Shown here in pieces: positions 18,301 to 26,956 of a stretch of DNA of 64,000 nucleotides. Both the position numbers and the translations under genes were made by a program. How positions within the stretch are numbered: the first letter of the stretch is position 1; the number at the start of each line of letters is the position of its first letter. The notes below the pieces were generated by a model that worked only from the letters and a program-made list of their open reading frames with translations, was not told where the DNA came from and did not search any database. This DNA is from Bacteroidales bacterium (lineage in GTDB: Bacteria > Bacteroidota > Bacteroidia > Bacteroidales > UBA7960): NCBI GenBank assembly GCA_003556325.1, contig PWRF01000346.1, positions 5,520-69,519 of the forward strand, written 5' to 3'.

Positions 18301-18801
18301 ACGCTTCAGCTCGTTCATGCTGAAATCGCCGCTAAGGTTAATGTTGATGATGGGGAACTCGGAAAAGTCAATGTCGATCACGACAGGGTCGGAGGGAAGG
18401 TCGGAAGGCAGGTCGCCTTTTACCCTGTCAACCGCATCTTTCACGTCCTGTAATGCTTCCTGTACGTTTGTGCCGGTTTCGAATTCCACAAAAATGTCGG
18501 AATTGTCCTGCGATGATGTAGATCGTAATTCCCGGATTCCGGATATGGTATGGATTTCGTTTTCGAGCGGGCGGGTAACAAGGTTTTCCATATCTGCCGG
18601 AGGGTTTCCGGGGTATAGGGTTTGAACCAGCACCGTAGGGATCTCTACTTCGGGAAAAAGCTCTTTGGGGAGGTTTCTGTAAGAGAATATCCCAAAAAGG
18701 GTAATCAAGAAGGCAAGAAGAAAAACGGTGTTTTTGTTCTTGAGTGCAATGGTGGCCGGTTTAAACTCTCTCACCATTTGTTCCTTGCTGCGTTCATCCA
18801 T
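15352..18801 (-). CDS. RND efflux transporter permease (AcrB/HAE family)
   Basis: 1149 aa. Two-fold repeat of TM1, a large periplasmic loop, and a TM bundle. It is the last gene of a TolC-MFP-RND operon. Confidence 0.9.
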   Translation of the reverse strand: MDERSKEQMVREFKPATIALKNKNTVFLLAFLITLFGIFSYRNLPKELFPEVEIPTVLVQTLYPGNPPADMENLVTRPLENEIHTISGIRELRSTSSQDNSDIFVEFETGTNVQEALQDVKDAVDRVKGDLPSDLPSDPVVIDIDFSEFPIININLSGDFSMNELKRFADFLEEKIEDVPEVSRVEVTGLEEREIQINADPFKMELYQLSFDDLETAIATENISMAGGSVRFQDGTRWAVRTVGEFTDVSQMEDIIVKHEDQQIVYLRDVADIADTYADPTSYARLDDQPVVSLQVIKNSGDNLLSATENINRVLEEARRNNDLPEDLTVTITNDQSEEIQIQLSNLENSVIMAVILVILILYLFLGLKNALFVGIAIPLSMLMSFMIFGIAGLQINMIVLFSLILALGLLVDNSIVAVDNIFRYVERDYSILEAAKRAIGEIATPIITSTATTLSAFLPLAFWTGITGEFMKYLPLTLIIVLSSSLFVALVVIPVFSHTFFRKENRGQTTAGPQNAGKRKTRRKLVITAVLLLPGILFHVTGYTLYGNLFVLAAFLFALGHFVLSRLAKWFQLVLLPFLEKLYRNTLHFALRGRNPYKFVGMTFLVLILAIVSFGLRNPNVLFFPDNEPQFINILMELPVGTDIDETDKRVREADGRVNEIIEPYRHIVKSVLTVVGRGAVGEMEMNAGETPNRGLITVTFEQFEKRGGINTNDIMAELSDALTGQYPGIDFMLEKNMAGPPSGRPINLEVSGPDIERLMAIADTIKSRISQAGIQGIEGLSSDLDSNNPEILIHIDREAARRFGLSTFSIANTIRTALFGLEVSTFKVGEEEYPIQLRLKEEYRHNISTLMNQRITFRSQSTGQIMQVPISAVADVEYSKTYGAINRIDRNRVTTLSSNVLPGYNANRINQQIMQLMEEMDLPNGYEYAFTGEQQEQEESMEFLIRALLIAVSLIALILVTQFNSVFKPFIIIGSVIFSTAGVFLGLALFNMDFIIIMMGVGIVSLAGVVVNNAIVLLDYTDYLHARKRQELGTEENMFLDPMVSLSLIEQAGQTRFRPVVLTAITTVLGLFPLAIGLNINFVSLLTDFDPQIYFGGDNARFWGPMSWTVIFGLTVATFLTLVIVPCMYQIILSTRRKINRLIQKKS

Positions 18802-18839
18802 TTTTATTAAAAATTATGGGATGGGGTCAATCCCGTATA

Positions 18840-20036
18840 TCACTCAAAAGAATCGATCCGGATGGCTTCGCCACTGGCAACCTGGAGATGTCCCTGCCGG
18901 ATAAGCAGATCACCGGCGGCGAGTCCTTTCTTTACAAGGGTTTTGCCTTCGGCACTTTTTCCACGCTCGATATATCTCCTTCGAGCCACCGCAGTGCCCT
19001 CTTCAACTTCTTCCGCCGTGAAGACATAATGCCCCTGGGTATCATATCCAATAAGCATGGTCGGGATTACAACGACATCTTCCGTTTCCGTTGCCTTAAC
19101 GCTCATATTGGCCATCATGTTGGGCTTATAGCGGCCGTTTTCGTTCGGTACCCTTACCTGCAAGCGGAATGAGCGGTTTTCAGGATTTATCACATGCCCC
19201 ACCCTGTGCACCGGCACTATCATCTCAACATCGGGATAAGCCGGAAACCGAAGGATTACCGTGCTATTCTCCGACACATAAGGGAGGTAGGATTCGGAAA
19301 CATCTGCGTTGATATAAAGCATATCAAGGTTGATGATCTCCATAACGGGTGTGCCAGGGGAGGCTAATTCCCCTTCTTTGATAAAGTGTTCGTCCACGAA
19401 ACCGTCAATAGGTGATCTCATAACCGACATCTCGCGCTGCGATTGAAGGGTTTCAAGGTTTTTAGTGATCCGCTGCAGCTGATTTTTCGCCTCAAGGTAT
19501 TGTATCTCACTGCCAATTTCCTGGTCCCAAAGCCTTTTCTGCCTGTTGTATACCGTTTCAGCCAATTCCAGCCTGGCTTTCACCTCTTCGATCTGGCCCT
19601 CAACCACGTCTGTTGACAAACGGGCTACAACCTGGCCCTTTGCAACAGGTTCTCCCTTGCCGGCATATAATCTGCGGATATGGCCGCTTGTCTCCGGACT
19701 GATAACAGCTTTGTTCACCGCCTCAACGGTGGCACTGGTCCTGAAATAGTCGGTAAACACCGTGGGCTTAACTTCTGTAACAGTAACCGGAACAAGATGT
19801 GTAGCAGCCGGACTCTCTCCCCGCTCATTGAGCTCTTGCCTGAGTTCGTTCACTTTTTGTGAAAGCCTGTTTATCTCTTCGGTATATTCGTTAATTTGAT
19901 TCCTGATGAGTTCGTTGTCCGTGTCTGCGGGAGATGACGGATTGCTGCATGACTGCATGCCGGGCATCAACAGGGCCAGCGCGAGCCATAACAGGCTGAA
20001 GGCCTTTTTCGCGGGTTGTAAATGATTTGGGTTCAT
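18840..20036 (-). CDS. RND efflux periplasmic adaptor (membrane fusion protein, HlyD family) lipoprotein
   Basis: Lipobox GMQSC, a coiled-coil hairpin region, and beta-barrel C-terminal domains. It lies between the tolC-like and RND genes. Confidence 0.85.
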   Translation of the reverse strand: MNPNHLQPAKKAFSLLWLALALLMPGMQSCSNPSSPADTDNELIRNQINEYTEEINRLSQKVNELRQELNERGESPAATHLVPVTVTEVKPTVFTDYFRTSATVEAVNKAVISPETSGHIRRLYAGKGEPVAKGQVVARLSTDVVEGQIEEVKARLELAETVYNRQKRLWDQEIGSEIQYLEAKNQLQRITKNLETLQSQREMSVMRSPIDGFVDEHFIKEGELASPGTPVMEIINLDMLYINADVSESYLPYVSENSTVILRFPAYPDVEMIVPVHRVGHVINPENRSFRLQVRVPNENGRYKPNMMANMSVKATETEDVVVIPTMLIGYDTQGHYVFTAEEVEEGTAVARRRYIERGKSAEGKTLVKKGLAAGDLLIRQGHLQVASGEAIRIDSFE

Positions 20037-20048
20037 CTGTTTAAAATT

Positions 20049-20130
20049 AATGTCAAAAGGTCAAAATGTCGAAACGTCTAAATGTCAAAAAAAATCATTC
20101 TCCTATGGGTTAAAAATCATTGTTCCCGGA
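20049..20130. repeat. intergenic repeat family, copy C (5 octamer units + right module, left module absent)
   Basis: Units aatgtcaa/aaggtcaa/aatgtcga/aacgtcta/aatgtcaa at 20049-20088, then aaaaatcattctcc and ttgttcccgga. These match the right half of copies A and B. Confidence 0.65.
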
Positions 20131-20232
20131 CATTGGAGGTCGACACGGGCGTTCGATGCTGGATTCCTGATTGTAATTGTTCTGCTGAGTTCATTGGTTT
20201 AAGGGGATTTATGATGCCACTGAAAGAACCGG

Positions 20233-21597
20233 CTATCTGCCGAGTGCTTTTTCGATGTGGTTTCTTGCGTTTAGCAGCTCGAAAAGTGCATTATAATAGT
20301 TGGCCTCTGTTGCGATAAGCTGATCATTGGCCTGTGTAAGCTCCAGGCTGGAAGCCATTCCTTCGCGAAACATGATGGTTGTCCGGTCGAAGATGCGCTG
20401 TGCAAGCTCCATGTTTTCCTGTTCGCTGTCATACTGCTCACGTGCCGTATGAAAATCCGCAAGGGCCTCCTGCATTTGCAGGGTTATGGATTGCGCCACT
20501 TCCTCCCTGCCGGTACGTGCTTTTTCGAGCTCCAGTTGTGCCTGCTGCACCCTTGATGAGCGCATTCCACTGGAAAAGATGGGGATGCTAAGGTTAACGG
20601 CAAAGTAGGTGCTGGGGAACCACGACCGGTCGCTGTCAAAAAAATTGAATTCGTCGCGCATGGCCATCTCCTGCCTGGTGAAGGAAGCGGAGAGTGTGGG
20701 GAGGTATGATGATTGTTCGCGCCGGAGGGCCATCAGGTTCATGTTTTCCTGCGACTGCATGATTCGGTAGGCAATGTGGTTTTCGGGCACAAAGGAGGCC
20801 ATAAACGACAGGTCGCTCAACAGGTCATCATAAAGGTCTTCGAGGGAATCGGTGAGCCTTATCTCCTTTCCCACATCAACCCCCAGTTGAAACTTCAACA
20901 GGTTTTCTGTCACCTCAGCCTGACGTTCAAGGGAAGAGATTCTGTTTTTGAGGTTGGAGACGCTTAGCTGAAGCTGGTCCACGTTGATGGGATCTGTAAA
21001 TCCTTCCTTAAGCATTTCGCGGGTTTCGGCAAGCTGTTCTTCCAGGTTGATGAGATTTTGCCGGATGACTTCCAGGTTCTTCTTTGCCAGCAAGGTAAGA
21101 AAGTATGTTTCTGTCACGGCGTGTTTTACCTCCTGGTTTGACCTTTTGAGTGTCTGATTTGCCAGGTCGCGGTAAATGCGCGATGCACGCAGGCCCACAA
21201 TGTATTGTCCGTCAAAGATGAGCTGCTCAACAGAGGCTGTAGCTGTGATGTTGTGCTCTGTCCCAAACTGTATCTCTGTGAACTCACCGGGTTCGCCCCC
21301 GAAAAACTCGGCGGGTACGAGCGAGGTGGGAATGTCAAGATAGTAATTATACCCTGCTGATGCATTGATCTGGGGCAGTCCTGCAGCGGTTGTTTCCCAT
21401 ATTTGTCTCTCTGCGATCTTCAGGTCGGCCCTGGCCTGGCGAAGAGTGTAGCTGTGACTCAGGGCGTGTTCACGTGCTTCCTGCAGCCCGAGATGGATCA
21501 CATTGTCACCGCCACCTTCATCACTGAAGAGCGTCTGTGCGCCCATCATAAAAATGATCAGCAACGAAAAATACTTGCTTAACAAAGGAGGTTGCAT
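20233..21597 (-). CDS. TolC-family outer membrane efflux protein
   Basis: About 450 aa with signal peptide MQPPLLSKYFSLLIIFMMGAQTLFS (ATG at 21597; the track start at 21654 is less likely). It has two repeated coiled-coil/beta segments and is the first gene of the efflux operon. Confidence 0.85.
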   Translation of the reverse strand: MQPPLLSKYFSLLIIFMMGAQTLFSDEGGGDNVIHLGLQEAREHALSHSYTLRQARADLKIAERQIWETTAAGLPQINASAGYNYYLDIPTSLVPAEFFGGEPGEFTEIQFGTEHNITATASVEQLIFDGQYIVGLRASRIYRDLANQTLKRSNQEVKHAVTETYFLTLLAKKNLEVIRQNLINLEEQLAETREMLKEGFTDPINVDQLQLSVSNLKNRISSLERQAEVTENLLKFQLGVDVGKEIRLTDSLEDLYDDLLSDLSFMASFVPENHIAYRIMQSQENMNLMALRREQSSYLPTLSASFTRQEMAMRDEFNFFDSDRSWFPSTYFAVNLSIPIFSSGMRSSRVQQAQLELEKARTGREEVAQSITLQMQEALADFHTAREQYDSEQENMELAQRIFDRTTIMFREGMASSLELTQANDQLIATEANYYNALFELLNARNHIEKALGR

Positions 21598-21725
21598 CGT
21601 ACAGTTATTTATAGTGATTACCTTAATAACTGTATGATCTGCCACATTGTTCACCTGACTATCCAGAAAGCAGATAAAATGTTGTATCTGATTGACTGGC
21701 TTTCGGAAAGAATAATTGTGAGCTG

Positions 21726-21779
21726 TTTAGTTTAACTTGAAAACCCACGTCATTTGGGCGTGGTCATGTTCTGGCGCGG
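21726..21779. repeat. 54-bp segment (yggS 3' end + 24 bp downstream) duplicated at 31246-31299
   Basis: About 48 of 54 identical positions by eye. tttagtttaacttgaaaacccacgtc is identical in both copies. Confidence 0.8.
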
Positions 21780-22433
21780 TCCGAATATAGCAGTTCCGAT
21801 ACGGACCATGTTGCTGCCCTCCCGGATGCCCTCCTGGTAGTCGTCAGACATGCCCATAGAAAGGATCTTGAAAGAAGGACTTGCAGGGAAATACTTTTCA
21901 CGGATACTGTCGAAGGAATGCTTCAACTCTTTGAATTCGCGCCTTACCTGTTCCTTGTCATCGGTGAATGTTGCCATCCCCATAAGACCCCTGACATCGA
22001 CGAACTTCATGTCGCGATATTCCTCGCTCTCAAGCAGGCTGCAGGCCTCTTCATAGTCCATCCCAAACTTGGTGCTTTCCTCTGCGATATGCAGCTGAAG
22101 CAGAACAGGTACGACCCTGTTGTTCTTTTTCCCCTCTTTGTTGATGACCTTAAGCAGTTTTAATTTGTCAACCGAATGGATCAGCGACACGAAAGGTACA
22201 ATGTATTTTACCTTGTTTGACTGCAGGTGTCCTACCATATGCCACTGGATATCTTCAGGCAAGTCCTCTGCCTTTGGGGTTAACTCCTGTGCTTTGCTTT
22301 CCCCGAAATGCCGTTGTCCTGCCCGGTAGGCTTCCATGATCTCCTCATGTGTTCTTGTCTTGGAAACGACCACGAGCTGCACATGATCAGGGATGCTGTT
22401 GAGCGTGTTTTGAAGGTTTGTTGCTATAGACAT
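21750..22433 (-). CDS. yggS: YggS-family pyridoxal-phosphate homeostasis protein
   Basis: 227 aa with VVSKTRT (PLP lysine), HFGESKAQEL and the HMVGHLQSNK motif. Confidence 0.85.
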   Translation of the reverse strand: MSIATNLQNTLNSIPDHVQLVVVSKTRTHEEIMEAYRAGQRHFGESKAQELTPKAEDLPEDIQWHMVGHLQSNKVKYIVPFVSLIHSVDKLKLLKVINKEGKKNNRVVPVLLQLHIAEESTKFGMDYEEACSLLESEEYRDMKFVDVRGLMGMATFTDDKEQVRREFKELKHSFDSIREKYFPASPSFKILSMGMSDDYQEGIREGSNMVRIGTAIFGPRQNMTTPK

Positions 22434-22532
22434 ATTTGCCGAAGGTATCGTTTACGTGGTAACAAAAATACACAATCGTTGAAAACTTGATATCTTTTGC
22501 TCACGGTTTGTCACCGAAAAAAAGGATATCCT

Positions 22533-22540
22533 TATCTTTG
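22533..22540 (+). promoter_or_regulatory. TAnnTTTG box ending 4 nt before the guaA ATG (possible leaderless transcript)
   Basis: tatctttg at 22533-22540; guaA ATG at 22545. Confidence 0.35.
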
Positions 22541-22544
22541 CATC

Positions 22545-24074
22545 ATGCAAGAAACGATTTTAATCCTTGATTTCGGATCGCAGTATACTCAGTTGATAGC
22601 CAGGAAGCTGAGAGAGCTTAATGTCTATTGCGAGATCCACCCTTACTACTTCAGGCCGGACTCAACAGCTCATATCAAGGGAGTTGTTCTCTCGGGCAGT
22701 CCCTTCAGCGTTCGAGATTCTGAAGCGCCCATGCCTGACCTTTCCTGGTGCGAAGGCAAGCTTCCCATGCTTGGAATATGTTTCGGTGCCCAGCTCATTA
22801 CTGTTCTCAACGGGGGCGATGTGATGCCGTCATCGACCAGGGAGTACGGGCGGGCCAATCTGTCATACGTGGCCCCGGGGGAGGTTTTGTTCAAGGGGAT
22901 AGAGGAGCAGTCGCAGGTTTGGATGTCACATGCTGATACAATCACACGGCTTCCCGACCATTACAGCATAATTGCACGCACTAATGATATTGGCGTGGCA
23001 GCCTTTAAGGATCCCGGGGATATGGTATTCGGGCTTCAGTTTCATCCTGAGGTGTATCATTCGAGGCAGGGTCAGCAGCTTTTAGAGAATTTTGTTGAGA
23101 ACATCTGCGCCTGTTCCCGTGATTGGACTGCGGCTTCATTTGCAGAACAAACCGTTGGAGAGCTCAGGGAAAAGCTTGGGAAAGACAAGGTAGTGCTGGG
23201 GCTCAGCGGGGGCGTCGACTCAAGCGTTGCAGCAACTCTGCTGCACAAGGCTATTGGATCTCAGTTGCACTGCATTTTTGTTGACAACGGCCTCTTGCGC
23301 AAAAATGAGTTTGAAGAGGTTTTGCTTTCCTATAAGGGCATGGGGTTGAACGTCCGGGGAGTGCGTGCTGCAAACCGTTTCCTTGATGCACTTAAGGGCA
23401 TCAGTGAACCAGAGGCCAAGAGAAAAGCTATCGGACGTGTGTTTATTGAAGTTTTTGAGCAGGAAGCGAAAAAGATCAGGGACGTGCATTGGCTGGCACA
23501 GGGGACCATCTATCCGGATGTAATTGAGTCTGTGTCGGTTAAGGGTCCTTCTATGACGATCAAATCCCACCATAATGTCGGGGGGTTACCGGAAAAGATG
23601 AATCTAAAGGTGGTTGAACCGCTGAATTTGCTTTTTAAGGACGAAGTAAGAAAGGTAGGACAAAGCCTTGGCATCTCTTCAACGATCCTCAGCCGCCACC
23701 CCTTTCCCGGCCCCGGCCTTGCCATACGCATCCTCGGTGAGGTGACAGCGGAAAAAGTAAGGATCATCCAGGATGTGGATCACTTTTATATCGGAGCCCT
23801 GAAGTCATCAGGGTGGTACGACAAAGTCTGGCAGGCAGCTGCGGTTCTTTTGCCTGTGCAATCGGTTGGCGTTATGGGCGACGAAAGAACGTATGAAAAT
23901 GCAGTGGTACTGCGGGCTGTCGAGTCAACCGATGGCATGACGGCCGACTGGGTTCATCTTCCCTATGAACTCCTTGGAAGGATAAGCAATGATATCATCA
24001 ACAATGTGAAAGGTATAAATCGCGTTGTTTATGATATCAGTTCCAAACCTCCGGCTACCATTGAATGGGAATGA
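22545..24074 (+). CDS. guaA: GMP synthase (glutamine-hydrolysing)
   Basis: Motifs [20 protein letters not shown], the PP-loop [10 protein letters not shown], and C-terminal PPATIEWE. Confidence 0.95.
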   Translation: MQETILILDFGSQYTQLIARKLRELNVYCEIHPYYFRPDSTAHIKGVVLSGSPFSVRDSEAPMPDLSWCEGKLPMLGICFGAQLITVLNGGDVMPSSTREYGRANLSYVAPGEVLFKGIEEQSQVWMSHADTITRLPDHYSIIARTNDIGVAAFKDPGDMVFGLQFHPEVYHSRQGQQLLENFVENICACSRDWTAASFAEQTVGELREKLGKDKVVLGLSGGVDSSVAATLLHKAIGSQLHCIFVDNGLLRKNEFEEVLLSYKGMGLNVRGVRAANRFLDALKGISEPEAKRKAIGRVFIEVFEQEAKKIRDVHWLAQGTIYPDVIESVSVKGPSMTIKSHHNVGGLPEKMNLKVVEPLNLLFKDEVRKVGQSLGISSTILSRHPFPGPGLAIRILGEVTAEKVRIIQDVDHFYIGALKSSGWYDKVWQAAAVLLPVQSVGVMGDERTYENAVVLRAVESTDGMTADWVHLPYELLGRISNDIINNVKGINRVVYDISSKPPATIEWE

Positions 24075-24103
24075 TATTTACCAGAGAAAAAACCACGGTT
24101 GTT

Positions 24104-26266
24104 ATGCAGAAACCCTTTGCTTTTATATTCCTTGCTGTCCTGCTATGCTTTTGCCAGCCTGCTGTTGCTTTTGAGGAGGAAGATGAGAGACGTGAGCCGG
24201 TTGAAATCACCAACCGGTCCAGGACACCCCAGTACATTGATGGGGAGGCGTACTACTTCCACGCGGTGTTGCGCGGACAAACCCTGTATTCGATTGCCCG
24301 GGCCTACGGTGTGGATGAGGATGAGATCATTGCAGAGAACCCTGATATTCGTGACGGCTTGCGCTACGACCAGGTGATACGCATTCCGGTGAAAGATGAT
24401 CCGGCTACCATGCCTCCGATAGAAAAGCTCAGGCTGGATGAGGTGGCACCGATGCCGGATGGCGATTTTGTTGAACACGAAGTTCAGCGTCACGAAACTC
24501 TTTTCGGCCTTTCAAGAAAGTATGGAGTGACACAGGAAACCATCCTTTTCTATAATCCGGAGGCCCGTGAAGTGTTGCAGGTCGGCCAGGTGCTTGTCGT
24601 CCCCATTGAAGACCAGGATCCCGCATCAGAAGGGTACCGGTTGCATACGGTTGCACCTGGTGAGACCAAATATGGCATATCGCGCGAGTATGGTATTTCT
24701 GTGGCCGAGCTTGAGTACCTGAACCCGGAGATCCGGGAGGGGCTCCGCGCAGGCCAGCAGATAAGGCTGCCATTGAAGGAAGAAAGGGAGGTTGCTGAAC
24801 CGGTGACAGAACCCGCTCAACGGTTTATCTTCCTGCCATCGGAACATCAGGTACAGGAAACAGTGGAATGGGACCCTTATTGCTATGACCCGGAGCATCG
24901 AAGCGAATACAACGTTGGTCTGATCATCCCGTTGTACCTGGAAAGCCTTGAATTAACGGACGAGCATGCAGCCCGAATAGATAAGCTGCGCGAGGCCTCC
25001 GTTGACAGCCTCCCGGATCAGCAGGAAATCCGGCAGACTATAGACAGGTTTTCTGCAGTTGATATGTCACCCGGCCACAGGTCTTTCAGCTTTTTGTCCT
25101 TTTATCATGGTGTTCTTCTGGCACTTGACTCTCTCCAGGATGCCGGTGCCAGCATACGCCTGCATGTCTTTGACGGATGCGATAACATTCAGAAGGTACA
25201 GCAGCTGACAGCAACAGACACCCTGGACAATATGGACCTGATCATTGGCCCTTTTCACGAAAGGCCGCTTCAGCATATCGCTGCATATGGTCAGATGCAT
25301 GATATACCGGTGGTTTCGCCTATGCTCCCCGACATCCGTCAGCTTGAGGATAATCCAAACCTTTTTAAAGTAAGACCGTCGCTTGAAACTATGCTGGCCG
25401 AAGTGGCCGGATACATCGCTCAAAACTATCCCAGGCAAAATATTATTGTGGTGCATGACAATCAGCCGGGTGCTGCTGCGGTGATCGAATCTTTCAAGGA
25501 CACATTGCTGACACGGGTGGCGATGGTAAACCATTTTTACGATAGCCTGAACCTGGCCCGCGTAGACGGTTACTACCTGGATGGCACCCTTGTCGGCAAC
25601 AGGAGGTCGCGTTCGTTGGTTATCCCGGATACAGCAGCGGTCAAGTGGGTTTCGCCTGACCTGTTCGGACAGCAAACAGAAAGGCGCTTGCCTGTCCCAG
25701 CCAATGTAACCGAACTGATATACAAAGAAGAGGGTATGGAAGGCCTGCTGAAAAGCATGCGCCAGGACAAGAAAAATGTGCTGATCACACTAATCGGCGG
25801 CGAACCTTTTGTTTCGGATTATCTGCGCCAGCTGCATGAAAACCGGCGCAACTATCATATGAGTATCGTGGGGATCCCCGACTGGGAAAACTATATCAGC
25901 ATCGAAATTGACTATCTGCAAAACCTTAACGTTCATTTTTTCAACGACTCCTTTTATGATTATTCGGATGATCATATCAGGGACTTTGTGAGGAGATACA
26001 GGCAGACGTTTTTCAGCGAACCGGATGAGGATGCTTTTAACGGAGCGCAAACCGCCTATTTCTTTTTCAGTGCCCTGTTGGAATACGGTTCCGGGTTCAC
26101 ACGGTGTATGCCCTATATGAACAGAATTGGTCACGCAAGCCCTTTTGCTTTCCATCGGGCCGGCGACAAAAACCACGGCTGGGAAAACTCCCATACCTCA
26201 ATTTACAGGATCAAAAACTACCGCTGGGTGGATGTAACCAGGCCTGTTGAGCTGGCCTTTGATTAG
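24104..26266 (+). CDS. LysM-repeat protein with C-terminal periplasmic-binding-protein-like domain
   Basis: Signal peptide MQKPFAFIFLAVLLCFCQPAVA. Three LysM repeats are present: VLRGQTLYSIARAYGV.., VQRHETLFGLSRKYGV.., VAPGETKYGISREYGI... Confidence 0.75.
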   Translation: MQKPFAFIFLAVLLCFCQPAVAFEEEDERREPVEITNRSRTPQYIDGEAYYFHAVLRGQTLYSIARAYGVDEDEIIAENPDIRDGLRYDQVIRIPVKDDPATMPPIEKLRLDEVAPMPDGDFVEHEVQRHETLFGLSRKYGVTQETILFYNPEAREVLQVGQVLVVPIEDQDPASEGYRLHTVAPGETKYGISREYGISVAELEYLNPEIREGLRAGQQIRLPLKEEREVAEPVTEPAQRFIFLPSEHQVQETVEWDPYCYDPEHRSEYNVGLIIPLYLESLELTDEHAARIDKLREASVDSLPDQQEIRQTIDRFSAVDMSPGHRSFSFLSFYHGVLLALDSLQDAGASIRLHVFDGCDNIQKVQQLTATDTLDNMDLIIGPFHERPLQHIAAYGQMHDIPVVSPMLPDIRQLEDNPNLFKVRPSLETMLAEVAGYIAQNYPRQNIIVVHDNQPGAAAVIESFKDTLLTRVAMVNHFYDSLNLARVDGYYLDGTLVGNRRSRSLVIPDTAAVKWVSPDLFGQQTERRLPVPANVTELIYKEEGMEGLLKSMRQDKKNVLITLIGGEPFVSDYLRQLHENRRNYHMSIVGIPDWENYISIEIDYLQNLNVHFFNDSFYDYSDDHIRDFVRRYRQTFFSEPDEDAFNGAQTAYFFFSALLEYGSGFTRCMPYMNRIGHASPFAFHRAGDKNHGWENSHTSIYRIKNYRWVDVTRPVELAFD

Positions 26267-26925
26267 CGAAGGTCTATTATCTCAAGCTCTTCCGGATAGT
26301 CATCAGCTTCAAAGACAAATGTATTTTCGGCTATATCGGGGCTGGTGTCGATGGTTTCTATATCGTACCTGTAAATGACCCCTTGCCGGTCGTAAGCTTC
26401 CGTATACACTACTTCTTTTGTTTCCTCCAGGATGGCCAGCCTGAACTTGAAAAAGGCCTGGGGCTGGCGAGGCACCATATCAACAATATGCTTCATTTTA
26501 TCACCGTAAGGCTCCAGGCGGATCCATTTGCTGGTATAATCATCTTTAAAATTCTCCAGGATGGAGGCCGGGCTTATTGCATCGTCAGTGTATTCAGCCA
26601 GGCTGATGTGGACTTCTTTTACGTCCTCAAAAAAAGACCAGACAGTTTCGCCGTCCGAGATAAAGTGGTGATTGCCAAGGTTCAGATAGTATTTGTCACC
26701 CGAAGTGAGGATGTATCCTTTCTGCTGCTCTTGCTCGCCGTGTTGTTCACTTATCATCGTGTAGATGAAGGTCATCTTCATGGCATCGTGAGCTTTGATC
26801 GCCTCACTGGCTTCCGACAGAATTTCGTTTGCTTTTTCCTCGTACCGCTCCGGCTGCCCTGCCGCAAAAAAAGGCATTGCCAGGAAGGCCAGGAAATATA
26901 CTGATTGAAATCGTGCTGACATCAT
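26263..26925 (-). CDS. LolA-like outer-membrane lipoprotein carrier protein
   Basis: 220 aa with a signal peptide. It sits directly downstream of ftsK, a conserved Bacteroidota arrangement. Its stop overlaps the LysM gene stop. Confidence 0.65.
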   Translation of the reverse strand: MMSARFQSVYFLAFLAMPFFAAGQPERYEEKANEILSEASEAIKAHDAMKMTFIYTMISEQHGEQEQQKGYILTSGDKYYLNLGNHHFISDGETVWSFFEDVKEVHISLAEYTDDAISPASILENFKDDYTSKWIRLEPYGDKMKHIVDMVPRQPQAFFKFRLAILEETKEVVYTEAYDRQGVIYRYDIETIDTSPDIAENTFVFEADDYPEELEIIDLR

Positions 26926-26956
26926 GGGATAAGGTATTAAAAACCCGTAATTGCTT

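Noticed and set aside
20140-20160. gggcgttcgatgc resembles a tRNA T-loop (GTTCGA).
   Set aside because: There is no complementary T-stem, acceptor stem or anticodon arm around it. I found no tRNA-like cloverleaf anywhere in the window by eye.
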